Assembly (NCBI RefSeq): GCF_964213995.1
Contig: NW_027590192.1
Location: forward strand, 682,001-746,000
Length of the DNA stretch: 64,000 bases
Direction: 5' to 3'
Origin: Mustelus asterias
Lineage: Eukaryota
Made by a program: the position numbers and the translations under genes. This document shows positions 24,361-36,756 of the stretch, piece by piece. The notes under the pieces were generated by a model, which was not told the DNA's origin, ran no database searches, and saw only the letters and a list, made by a program, of their open reading frames with translations. Every line of letters starts with the position of its first letter. The first letter of the stretch is position 1.

Positions 24361-25544
24361 GATGTGTTTCCGCACAAATATACCCGAATGTTTCTATCTC
24401 TTCTGATAGTCATTTCATATTTCATATATAAATATCTACTTCTTCTGGGGACCCTGGTTCGAATCCTGCCTCGGCAGTTGGTGGAATTTGACTTCAATTT
24501 TAAAAAATCTGAAGTTAAGTATCTGCTGCTGACCGTGAAACCATTTCGGATGTTTAGAAAAAGCCACAGAAATGTGATTGACTCTCAACTGCCCTTAAAA
24601 ATGGCCCAGCCAGCCATTGATTTGAAGGGCGACCAGGAATGCACAATAAATGCTGGCCAACCAGCGACGACATGTCACACGAATGAATTAAAGAAGATAA
24701 AAGAACAACTCTCCCACCGAAGGAACAGTTTCTGCACATGGAGCTCCTTGAAACTACAATATAATGTTCAGTGTTTCTGTGCTGCTTTTTCATGTCTTAC
24801 CGGCCTTCGAAAGCCAAAAGGCAAAGCTTTTCCAAACTTTCGATATCCAAACACATTATTGATTTTTTTTTCTCAGAAGTGTAAGAAATTCATGCTGATA
24901 ATAAGATACTTAAGAAATAGAAACATGGTAGACTAATCCACCTTGGGGACCCGCTGTACAAATCAGAAATGTTTAGATCTGATCATCTACCTTAATGCTA
25001 ACTGTGCGTCCTATTCCCAAATCCATTATTTCCATTAGCATTCAAAACTAAAATCCATGGAACGGTTCAGCACCCTCAGCCTCGACACAACTCAATCCTT
25101 GAGGGATTCATTATGCTTCAATCAGCACAATCCCATGTTTTTGAAATCGACAAAAAACATAAAGCAAACGGATTTGTCCACAATTAGCGATCAATATGTG
25201 GAAGAGAATGCAATTCAAACTTTTCGCAGTTCTGCCAAAATGATTGTTTATAGGAAGGAAATAAAGATCAGTTAGGATATAATTATTTTGAGTCACTGAT
25301 TGCACGTGAAATGTCACCTACAAGTATCAAATAAGCTCTCGAAGCTATTTGTGTCATGTTCCCGTTTTCCTGCCGCTGCAGGTATTGGACCGGCTGCTGC
25401 AATTTTGGGTTACCTCTCCCGGTACCTCGTTGACATTTCCAGGCCTCTTTTAGACCATTTCCTGGAGCAGAGAGAAATCCTGTGCTCGGTGGCTCCGCTC
25501 TCTCCCAGCGGAGAGCAGGGAGCAGGGTTCGGAGCGTCCATAAT

Positions 25545-25885
25545 GTATTTTTATTCATTGATGTGACATGGGCGTCGTCGCTGGCTTGCTGCCCATCCCC
25601 AGGTACCCTAAGGCAGTTGTGAGTCAACCACATTGCTGTGGCTCTGCTGTCACATGTAGGCCAGACCAGGCAAGGACAGCAGGTTTCCTTCCCTGAAGGG
25701 CATTAGTGAATCAGATGGGTTTTTCTGACAATCGACAATGGCTTCATGGTCATCAGTAGATTCTTAATTCCAGATATGATTATTAAATTGAAATTCCACC
25801 ATCTGCGCTGGCGGGACTCCCAGAACTTTGGCTGTGTTTTTGAATTAATAGTCCAGCGATAATTCCATTTGGCCATCACCTCCCC
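25545..25885 (-). mobile_element. SacSINE1/DeuSINE-like SINE
   Basis: Homologous to 5450-5810. Confidence 0.65.
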
Positions 25886-25964
25886 GAATGTACGCTCACT
25901 GAAACCAGTTAGGAGAGTGAGAGTGCAAGATGTTGTGAGGATTACCCGATGCCTTCCTTAAACC

Positions 25965-26505
25965 ATGATTGGAGACGCTGGCGTTGGAATGGGGTGGGCA
26001 CGGTAAGAAGTCTCACAACACCAGGTTAAAGTCCAACCGTTTTATTTGGAATCACGAGCTTTCGGAGTACTGCTACTTTCTCAGGTGAATGGTGAGTTGG
26101 GTTCACAAACATGGCATATGTAGACAGAGACGCAATTCCAAGATAATGGTTGGAATGCGCGTCTTTGAGGACCGGGATCTTGGGTTCATGTCACACTACA
26201 TGTAACCTCTACCATTTTCCCTGGCTTGCAAAGTCCTGCCATCTGTCCTGGTTTGAGACAATTCACACCTCTTTGACCTGTGAATATCCCTCTCTTCACT
26301 CGCATTGTCTGCACCTGTAAAGATTTGATTACCTGTAAAGACTCGCATTCCAACCATTTTCTTGCAATTGCGTCTCTGTCTATAACTGCCATGTTTGTGA
26401 ACCCAACTCTCCACACACCTGAGAAAGGAGCAGCGGTCCGAAAGCTCGTGATTCGAAGTAAACCTGTCGGCCTTTAATCTAGTGTTGTGAGACTTTTTGC
26501 TGTTC
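25965..26505. mobile_element. Penelope-type element remnant with ~165-bp inverted arms
   Basis: About 26000-26165 is the reverse complement of about 26335-26500; hammerhead-like motif near 26418. Confidence 0.65.
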
Positions 26506-26783
26506 CTTAAACCAATAATAGCCCAGATAGGATCAGCTGAAACTCCTTCCCCGGAGGAAACCTGTCCTTTGGGGTCTCACACTGCTTCAATCTGGTCTCA
26601 CAGCCGGACTCGACTTCCGTTTCATACTCTGCTCCTAAGTCTAAATCTGCAATTGAAAATCTTCCTCAGGAAACCACCCTGCTTTAGAAGCAGACAATTG
26701 AAGTGATGCTGGTAACGAATTTAAACTGACGGTGAACACTAACCTAAACAGGCTGCAACACACTGGGATTAGGAGTCACTTAC

Positions 26784-26874
26784 CGGCTGTGATAGTCACC
26801 ACCGTCCCAGACCCATCTGTAACCTTCATTCTCCCCACAGTGTCAGCGCTCTCAGTCAGCCCAGCACAAGAATG
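26784..26874 (-). CDS. NAR-TCR J segment copy 2 with 23-RSS (J 26835-26784, RSS 26836-26874)
   Basis: Minus strand: cattcttgt-23-CACTGTG then GRMKVTDGSGTVVTITA, donor gtaagt. Confidence 0.88.
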
Positions 26875-27209
26875 ACTGACACCTCAAACTGCCGAGCAGC
26901 CATTACCCAGCAATCAGTGTTTCTCGGTTATTCAGGGGATTTAAATCAATAATGAACATTGGTTGTTTAAAAACAAAACATCATTGGACAAAATTTTTCC
27001 TTCTGACTCTCTGAGCTCCTGGTAAAATTTCCCAGGAACAGGAGCAGAGATGCAAGATTCTTATTAACAGCGAAAAGCCTTGAAGAATTATAGCTGATGG
27101 TGGAAATTACAATGAAATTAAACTAGATTGAACTGGGAATAACATCAACCCGACAAGTCAAGTTACCGAACATGGGAATTGCTGGGAATTACTGTTTTGA
27201 TTGTCCTGA

Positions 27210-27705
27210 GGTTTTTGTCGAACTCTCTCCCAGTGCAGTGTCCTATGTGAGTAGTACCAGTGCTGAACTTTACAGTAATAGGTGGCACTGTCTTCAACTC
27301 TCACATCCCGAATTTCCAGTGAAAATGTCTTTTCTGCTTTATTCACCAGTACAATAAATCTCCCTCCGCTGGAGATCCGCTCCCGCTCCGTCCCGGTCTG
27401 GATTTGTCTGAAAAAAATGACAATTTTCTAAATCATAAACTCCATAGAAAACACAGGTGATGGTAAGAGACTGACACTCCTTCCTGGTCAACGCTGCCAG
27501 GCTCTGTGTCACTGACTGATTGAAAGATCCTGGAAATTAAACACAGAGTTTAATGGACCAAACAAAGGGGCTAAAATCCTAGACAGTGTCTGTAATTGAG
27601 ATGGACTGGGGCAGCTTTATATTCAATCCACGCAATGTGGGTGAGTTTGATCGGTACTCATCAGGGTAAACAGGCACACAGGGTGAAAACAAGAAGGATT
27701 CCCAT
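27210..27705 (-). pseudogene. NAR-TCR V copy 2, pseudogene (leader from 27705, V exon 27529-27238, 12-RSS 27237-27210)
   Basis: Leader MGILLVFTLCACLP then TGA with no GT donor; +1 frameshift in a T7 run; YYCKVQHWYYSHRT; TGCACTG-12-ACAAAAACC. Confidence 0.88.
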
Positions 27706-28019
27706 CGTTCTGCTAACGGTTTATATGCCAGGGAGCTGAGACTACAGAGCTGGACTGCTCTGGGAGACTGGATATCAGAGCTGCACTGAAATACTTCAGA
27801 CCCGATCAATGGTAAATTAGGCCACGCCCACAGTTTAAAATGAAACTCAAGTATTTAAATGGGGAACTGAGCTGTGAATTTTCAGTCGAAACTCCCGGCA
27901 GCGAGAATCCAGAATTTCAGCAGGTGATCAACAGTTGTGGGTGGCATGCTCTACTTGGTTTCGAGTACATTATTTATTGTTATTGATTCAGGGGATGTGG
28001 GCTTCGCTGGCGATGCCAG

Positions 28020-29118
28020 TAGAGTCATAGAGTCATGGAGGTTTACAGCATGGAAACAGGCCCTTCGACCCAACTTGTCCATGCCGCCCTTTTTTTTAAA
28101 CCCCTAAGCTAATCCCAATTGCCCGCATTTGGCCCATATCCCTCCATAGCCTTCGCATCCACGTAGCTATCTAAAAGCTTCTTAAAAGACAAAATTATAC
28201 CCGCCTCTACTACTACCTCTGGCAGCTTGTTCGAGACGCTCACCGCCCTCTGTGTGAAAAAAATGCCCCTCTGGACAGTTTTGAATCTCTCCCCTCTCAC
28301 CTTAAACCTATGCTCTCTAGTTTTAGACTCTGCAACTCTGGGAATGGATATTGGCTATCTAGCTGATCGATGCGCCTCATCATTTTAAAGACCTCCATAA
28401 GATCACCCCTCAGCCTCCTACGCTCCAGAGAAAAAAGTACTAGTCTATCCAGCCTCTCCTTATAACTCAATCCATCAAGTCACGGTAGCATCCTAGTAAA
28501 TCTTTTCTGCACTCTTTCTAGTTTAATAATATCCTTTCTATGATAGGGTGACCAGAATTGCACACCGTATTCCAAGTGTGGACTTCCCAATGTCCTGTAC
28601 AACTTCAACAAGACGTCCCAACTCCTGTATTCAATGTTCTGACCGATGAAACCAAGCATGCCGAATGCTTTTTTCACCATTCTGTCCACCCGAGACTCCA
28701 CTTTCAAGGAGCTATGAACATGTACCCTTAGATCTCTTTGTTCTCTAACGCTTCCCAACGCCCTACCATTAACTGAGTAAGTCCTGCCCTGGTTCAATCT
28801 AACAAAACGCATCACTTCGCATTGTCTAAGTTAGACTCCATCTGCCATTCGTCAGCCCACTGGCACAATCAAGATCCCGTTGCAATTGAAGATAACTTTC
28901 TTCACTCTCCCCTATGCCACCAATCTTAGTGTCATCTGCAAACTTACTAACCATGCCTCCTATATCCTCATCCAAATCATTAATCTAAATGACAAATAAC
29001 AGTGGACCCAGCACTGATCCCCGAGGCACACTGCTGGTCACAGGCGTCCAGTTTGAAAAAACAACCCTCTCCAACCATCCTCTGGCTTGCGTCAAGAAGC
29101 CAATTTTGTATCCATTGG
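28020..29118 (-). mobile_element. CR1 LINE 3' fragment
   Basis: Same family as 1-1243; ORFs 28480-28815 and 28109-28300. Confidence 0.9.
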
Positions 29119-29629
29119 AGGAGGAGACAATCTCGATCTTGTTTATCCCTGCATCCTAATCAAACAGGATGAAGCAATATTATAGAGAGCCTAGTGAATT
29201 CACGAATGACACAACGACTACTAAATAAATAACCAGAGCTTTAAAACCACCAAAAAACAAGGAGAATCTAGCTAGCACAATAGAAATGGGGTCCAGAGAA
29301 AAATAAACATGGAAAGAAACGAGTGGAATAGTCAAGAGGGCTGGGATTGTTATCAACATATCTATTAATTTCCATATGTTCTTCTGTCGGATTTTTTGAC
29401 AGCTCCCACGTGGTGTGCATTGGGCAGTTTCATGATGTTTCCGGTGCTGTGTGAATGTGTTTGTGAAAATGCATGCTATTGTGACGTGAAGGTCGGTGGA
29501 GTCTGTCGGCATCATTTGTACTGTCTGGGAATGACTTACATTTTATGAGGAACTTATATGTTGCACGGGACTCCAACTTCTGTTATATGAGGCCATTCGA
29601 TAGCATGTGACTGTCACTCCCATTTCGAT

Positions 29630-29790
29630 ACAAAAACAGAAAATGCTGGAAAATCTCAGCAGGTCTGACAGCATTTGCAGAGAGAAAATAGAGCGAACGT
29701 TTCGAGTCTGAATGACCCTTTGTCAGACCGCTTCGCTCCACAGATGCTGTCAGACCTGCTGGGATTTTCCAGCATTTTCTGTTTTTGTTC
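29630..29790. mobile_element. Short palindromic (Penelope-derived or MITE-like) repeat
   Basis: ~45-bp inverted arms aaaaacagaaaatgctggaaaatctcagcaggtctgacagcat / atgctgtcagacctgctgggattttccagcattttctgtttttg; related half copy at 18830-18925. Confidence 0.65.
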
Positions 29791-30214
29791 CAGATTCTAG
29801 CTTCAGTAGTTTTTTAAATCTTACTCTCATTCCGATTTTCATCTGTTCTAATGTCACTGAGCTATGCTGCCTGCTGCCTCGTGGCTGTAATATTTTTTAG
29901 CTGTATCATTATAATGAACATTTCACATGATAAGCATCCGTTACTTTTGCCCAAGTATTAAGTAATTCAACTCAAAATTACCCAGGCGGCAGGAGACATA
30001 AAGACTAGATCGTCCCCTCCCTGGAATATCGCAATATTCTAACCCCTCCCAGAATGAACATGGAAAATGAATGCTGAATCTGTTTGTTCAAGTAAGTGTA
30101 AATAATGTTGGAAATTAATTGCGTCCCTGTAGATTTCCAACAGTATTAATGTGGGTGCCTGTGACTTTGTAACAGAGAATCTTTGTGTTTAACTGTCATC
30201 TTTTCTCATACAGA

Positions 30215-32574
30215 ATGCACGGGCGAATATCTGGTGTAGTTTATGCCATTTACTATCCAATTCTTGCTGCCATTGGAGTTCCAGGTAAGTCGTGGTACTA
30301 AATCATTAACTTGACGCATCATTGATGCGTCAAGTTAATGATTTAATGAGTTAATGAAAGTCCAAAGATGTGCGGGTTAGGTTGATTGGCCAGGTTAAAA
30401 AATTGCCCCTTAGAGTCCTGGGATGTGTAGGTTAGAGGGATTAGTGGGTAAAATATGTGGGGGTAGGGCCTGGGTGGGATTGTGGTCGGTGCAGACTCGA
30501 TGGGCCGAATGGCCTCCTTCTGCACTGTAGGGTTTCTATGTTCCTATGATTTCTATGATTGATTTATGAAGTTAGCGCTCATTATGGTAATAAAGAACAT
30601 GACATAATTGTTTCCAGGTTTCTTCTAAAACATTATTGCTCAGTGGTAGCCCGTCTTTTCATCACTGAAATATGTATTTTACTTAAACGTAAGCCTTGCT
30701 CATTAAGTCTCTGACACATTCAATACTCTGTGGCTGTTCTTGCCAGCATGCATATACCGAGGCAAGGTTTTTCATATCTTTGTAACCTATAGTTCCTGGG
30801 CATTCAGCTACAGGGGGAAACGTGAGAAAACATTTCCAGCAATACAATCTTTGGGCATGATTCCAAAATCAGCGGGCACAACCTTCCAGTATTTACTCTG
30901 TCAAGCCTTTCGAGAAGTTTGTTTGTTTCAACAAGATCGCCTTTACTCTTCGAAACTCCAGACAATATATATCCTTTTTTTCACTTCTCATTACGGAACA
31001 ATTAGTGTCATTGCTCAACAGATTGGAAATGTATTTTCCCAGCAAGCGGGATTTCTGATTAAAACACATCTGATGCTCCTTAAATTGTGTTAATTTGACA
31101 CATCATACTTACTGAATATATTCCCGTGGAATCCTAACAAGCCAAACCAAATCCTTATCACATTATACATTTTAACCACGCAGGTGTAACTAATATGTCA
31201 AGCGTATTTACAGGATATTCTGCTTATCTGCTACATGGTCCAAAGCTTGAATGCCGAATTTTACATGCAACCCGGAGATCTACAGCCTTTCGGTCCCAAA
31301 CATTGCAATTGCTGCCATTGCCATTCTTCCTCACTCTGCTCATTATATAGTTTCCTTAAGTGTATCTCATTGTCAAGTTATTCAGCATTTAACTTAATAT
31401 CGCCTCATGTTATTAGGTGTCAAATTTTGCTGCATTGCTTTCCTGTGAAGCGACTTGAGACACCCTTTGCGTTAAATTTGCGACATAAATGGAGTCTGCC
31501 CTTGTAGCTCTTTTTGAAATATAATTAACCTTGAAAAGCCAAGAATAGCTGTCTTCCATAACGAAGATAAACCAGCAAAAGTGTCACAAAAAAACCCGCA
31601 GCACCCATGCGTGTGCTTGGAATTTGTTGAATAAATTTACAACTTTAATTTTGCTTTTGCTCTCAGTTAACTTGATGGCGATTGTGATCCTCTCCCGAGG
31701 AAGGTGTGGTCTCTCCAAATGCATCACTCGATATCTGGTTTCCATGGCAGTGACGGATCTCCTTGTCGTTGTCACCGCTGTGATCTTCAACCGGATTATT
31801 GGCATTTATTTTCCAGTAAGTTTTTTGTCGTTGACTCCAGCCTGTACTCTGAGTACTGTGATAATCTATGCAGCCACGGAGAGTTCTGTCTGGTTAACCG
31901 TCGTTTTCACCTTTGATCGTTATGTTGCCATTTGCTGCCAGAAACTGCAAGCAAACTATTGCACCGAGAAAACAGCAGCTGTGGTGATTGGAATGGTCTG
32001 TTTGTTGAGTTGTTTAAAAAGCATTCCCTGGTATTTTATGTATGAACCGCTCTATATAATGAACAATGTGCCATGGTTTTGTAATATAAAGTCAGCTTTC
32101 TACACTTCCTTCTCATGGACAGCCTATGATTGGTTTGCACGTATATTAAATCCCATTCTGCCATTCCTTCTGATTTTGTTGTTTAATGCACTGACCGTCA
32201 GACACATCCTGGCGGCTAGTAGATCCCGCCGTCGACTCCGGGCTCACAGCAGTGCAGATAATCAGAGTGATCCAGAAATGAAGAACAGGAAGAAATCTGT
32301 TGTTTTACTCTTCGCCATCTCAGGAAGTTTCATTCTGTTGTGGATGACATACGTTTTGGATTTCCTCTATGTGAAAATTACAAATGAAGCATATTTCGGA
32401 GGATCCAATTTCAATGACCCAAAATTTATTCGCCAAGAAAGTGGAAACATGCTGCAGCTGCTGAGCTGTTGCACTAACACGTGTATTTATGCAGTGACGC
32501 AGAGGAAATTCCGAGAAGAATTGAAACATGCAGCAATATATATTGGCAGTCTCGTTGTAAGCATAGTAAAGTAG
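30215..32574 (+). CDS. Class A GPCR, GPR139/GPR142-like (exons 30215-30284 and 31667-32574, about 325 aa)
   Basis: MHGRISGVVYAIYYPILAAIGVP|VNLMAIVIL..., AVTDLL (TM2), FTFDRYVAIC (TM3), PF..ILLFN (TM5), NTCIYAVTQRKFREEL (TM7/H8); phase-1 GT-AG intron gives an intact 7TM frame. Confidence 0.9.
30359..30559 (+). mobile_element. 5'-truncated HE1-type SINE in the GPCR intron
   Basis: Matches the 3' half of 10000-10340. Confidence 0.9.
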
Positions 32575-35500
32575 AAAATCCAAAAGGTTTGGTTTAAATT
32601 ACAAATCGAAATGTATATTTTTATCACAGAATTTTTCGCCTTGACTTGTACGGTGAAATTGGTCTTCAGCAGCTCTGTAAGAAAACTACCACGAGTTTCC
32701 CTTTTATTCCACTGAGGTGGCAATTGAAGAAAGTTGTATCACATATAAAGATGGCAGCTGCTTTCTGGTCACCAGGCTAATGTAACCTGTCCCTTCCATT
32801 CTGTTTCCATCCTTCCTTAGAGATTTCCTCTTAAGAAAATAAGAATCGGGAGAAGAGAGGCCACTCGGCTCCTCCAATCAGTGCTGTCATTTAACATGTT
32901 TGGGACCAATCTTTTTCATGAAACAATAAATCTGCTCGGTACCTTTATTCCTTAAGCCATTCAGTGCCCCAAAATCCATCAACATCAATCCTGAACATGT
33001 TCAACAATTGAATAACCACAGCGATCACATAGTGAAATCCAAAATTATCAACAATTTGAGCGCAGCTATTTCTCATCATCCCAGTCGTTCTTCGTTAATC
33101 TAAAACTCTCATCCTTCACACTATCTGGATGGAGAAATAGCTTCTGATTATTCACGCTGTCAACTTCAAACAGGAGTTGAAACACGTCACTGAGAACTTC
33201 TCATGGTCTGAATCCAGACACTATATACCCATACCATTCAATTTTCACCCCGTCTCTCTCGCAGTTCCTGCCTCCGGATACAAAAAGGATAGTATCAAGT
33301 GACCTCGTAGGTCAGAAGTGAAGTGCTAAAATAAATCAGTGAGAAACATTATTTGGTGATTTGTCCTTGCATGAATCATTGAACTAGTTTAAAAGCAGGT
33401 ACTCTTTCTTTGAGAAAACATTCCACACATTAAGGCCATCAGGAAGAAAATCAGCCGGTCACAGCCCTCAGGATCTTCAAGGTTTCAACCAAGTGGCTTC
33501 TTAATCTTCGCAATTCTCACACATTGTCTGCCTCTAATACACATCTGTTATGTACCCTGCTAATGTGAAATACGAGGGTATCCCAGAACCTAGAGGTGTA
33601 ACTTGGAACACTGGTGCTTAATGGTTTATATTTCAATTTGGTGTCCATTAAGTACGATATGCAAACCCGGGAGGAACAGTCAAGTCTTGCTGCGATCATT
33701 TAATAAAGAACATTTATTAACATAAAAAGAAAAGCGCATGACAAGCATGACGATAAAACACTAATACAGTGCACGTAACCACATTAATGGCTATAAATAC
33801 GGACGTTAACATGAAGTAACCCCTTTTTTCCCAACAACCAACTTTTCCTGAAATCTGACATGCCCCTTATTGCCAAACAGCAACCAATATTATACAACTG
33901 TATGAGCATCTAGAGCATATAAGTTCCAATTCCCTGAACGATCACATTGAAGTTACCTCTTCCACGCCCGATTGTATTCCCCCAATCATATATGTAGACC
34001 CTTGCTTCTCTGACTGGCATGTTAATTCACTTACTAGTACCCCCTTCTTCCAGCTGTCCTCATAAATTTCTTTTTTAAAATTTATATTACCCAATTTTCT
34101 TTTGTTTTAATAAGTTTATTCCGAATCTAAATTTTTCCCAGTTCTTAACAAATCGTAGTTGCGTTCTGGTTTGTTTCCTGGCTCCTCGTGTTGAAACCCC
34201 TTGTGCCAATCTGAAGGATTTATCCTTTAGGGAATGGAACAAAGGCATAAAAGTAAAACAAAATGAGAGTGCAGAGGGAGTTGCGCTCCTGGATAGTGGA
34301 CAAAGCAGAAAACGAATTCACACAGTCAACTGAGGACGACATTTGGAATAACAAAGATGGAACGTGGCATGATCTAGGGCAAAGCAACCTCCTTCATTGG
34401 AACCCCTTCCATGCATTGACATATATCAGCCCTCGTTATCGCCTTTTGTCAAGATGCATCACCTTAAATTCCAGCTTTCACTCATTTACCAATTCTGCTA
34501 GCCTGCACCGGTCCATTTGCACGAAAAGGTCCAATTCTCAATCTGTGACACAATTCGAAATATTTAGAAATTTCAATCAACATGACAAGAACACGGAACA
34601 TATATAGTGCAGAACAGTGATGCTAGCACTGAACTTCGGGGGAGTAACCATTGTTTATCACCAAAAATTAGGTTACATTGACATTTGTCCCTGAGGCAAA
34701 TGGGGCAAAAATGAGATTGTCCAGATTACTGGTTTGAATAGAAAATAAGACTATTTTGGGAGAGACTACAGACTGCACGTTACCGAGGTACATACGTATA
34801 TAAATCACAACACGTTAGCATTGCAGATACGGTACATATTTAGGAAGGCAAACAAAATGTTCTGACTATACAGAGTTTTGGTGAAATCATACCTCAACAC
34901 AATTTTCGTGTCCTGATTTAAGAAGGGTTATACGTGCATGGAAGCTGTTCGGGGAAGATTCATTACGTTATTTCCAGGGAACAAATGTTTGAATTATGGC
35001 AATATGTTTAGTTAGAAGTGCCGACATACACTTGAATATAGATCAATGAGAGACGAACATTTGGAAACATAACTTTTTCTCAGCGTGTTTGACAACATAG
35101 ATGTGGAGATTGGAGAAAGGAGAACTTGTGGCACAATTTCAAAATAAGAGGCCTCCAATTTAGCAGAGATTAGGAGGAATTTCTTCTCTCAGATTTTTTT
35201 TGTGGCCTTCCAAAGATCGAATGCTGAATTGGACATGTTTCTGATCTACAACGGAGTCAAAGGATACGGGGCGCAGGTAGGATGGTAGATTTAATTCTAC
35301 AGTTAAATTAATTGGTGGCAAAGACCGATGAGCACATGGTTTTCAAAGAGCAATAACATTAACAGCTGAATGAAATGAAATTCCACAGTTATTAGGAACT
35401 GTCGGCTCGTGAATATAGGTAAATTGTTATTGCAAGGAGCTAGCCTGGAATGGAAGGGCCGAAAGCTTGGATGTGCTGTAATGATTCTGTGATTGTATTC

Positions 35501-35848
35501 CATGTGGAAGGAGGTGGGTGAAGTAGAAAATCTCAGCAATAGTGATCATAGTGTCAGAAATTGATGTTACCAATAGAAAGATTTGTGGGACAATATAAAA
35601 TAAAAACTGGCTGAGAAACCGTGTCACCGATTTGAGGAGAAATATTGATCCAGTAAACTGCAATCTAATACCGTTAGGCACTAATGTATTGGATCAGTGG
35701 GTGTGGTTAAGAGAAAATTAATTTTGTTACAGTTGCAAACCGTTGAGCACGACATAAGTCCAGCTGAGAGAACAACAGAGCGAAAATCGAGAGGGAGAAC
35801 TAAAGAAAACGATAGACAGAAAGAATAGAAAGAGAAAGAGGGACACAC

Positions 35849-35986
35849 NNNNNNNNNNNNNNNNNNNNNNNNNNNNNNNNNNNNNNNNNNNNNNNNNNNN
35901 NNNNNNNNNNNNNNNNNNNNNNNNNNNNNNNNNNNNNNNNNNNNNNNNNNNNNNNNNNNNNNNNNNNNNNNNNNNNNNNNNNNNNN
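35849..35986. other. Assembly gap (138 N)
   Basis: Run of N. Confidence 1.
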
Positions 35987-36403
35987 CTGTCAAATGCCAA
36001 CCCAGAGGATGATAATACTCGGAGATAATTAATACCATTGCATATCAACGGGAGATGAGACCGAGTGCAATGCGTCTGATGGAGGTGATATAAACGGGAA
36101 TGTGAGAAAAGAAAACTGAGAATGAGGGAGCGAGCGAGCGAGAGAGAGTGACAAACCGAGCAGTCAGGCATGCGGGAACCACATAAAGGGATTTGCGAAA
36201 AGAGTCTGAGCAGGTGGAGAAAGCCCAACCGACGAGATAGTGAACCAGATACAGACAAATTTAACTGTTGAATGTAGTTAATAGAATGTACATCACATTG
36301 CTGCGGCAGTTGCAAAATATCACAACTTGTGTGGAGTCAAAACGTCATATTAGAAAGAAGGAGCATTTTTTGTACGGGTCTCTACTGACCTGGTAACGCT
36401 GTG

Positions 36404-36756
36404 TGTCCCAGTACACAGGAATACACCGCACTGTCAGAGAACTGCGCATAGTGAATGCTTAAAGGAACAGTTCTTGCTGTGTTATCTAAGGTAGCATAAA
36501 GCAGCCGCTTCCCAAAGGCAGTCACATTTTTTCCAGTACTCCTTTTTTCCAATAGATATTGAGGGTGTTTCTCTGGGTGCTGAATATACCAGAAGAAAGC
36601 AGTAGAAGTATGTGATGTCGAACAATTGCAGTTTAGCTTCACACTGTCTCCGTAACTCACTCTGATGCTCGGTGGATCCTGAAACACTGCCCCCATTTCC
36701 TCACTGGCCTGAATGAGAAGAATGAATATCGATGTCAAAAAGAGAAAATGATGCAT
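36404..36756 (-). CDS. TCR Valpha/Vdelta-type segment, open frame, leader structure uncertain
   Basis: VFQDPPSIRVSYGDSVKLNC..FFWYIQ..SDSAVYSCVLG; RSS CACAGCG-23-ACAAAAAAT at 36403-36365. Confidence 0.85.

Noticed and set aside
31624-31666. N-terminus of the 316-aa GPCR ORF as a signal peptide
   Set aside because: It is the intron polypyrimidine tract; the real N-terminus is exon 30215-30284
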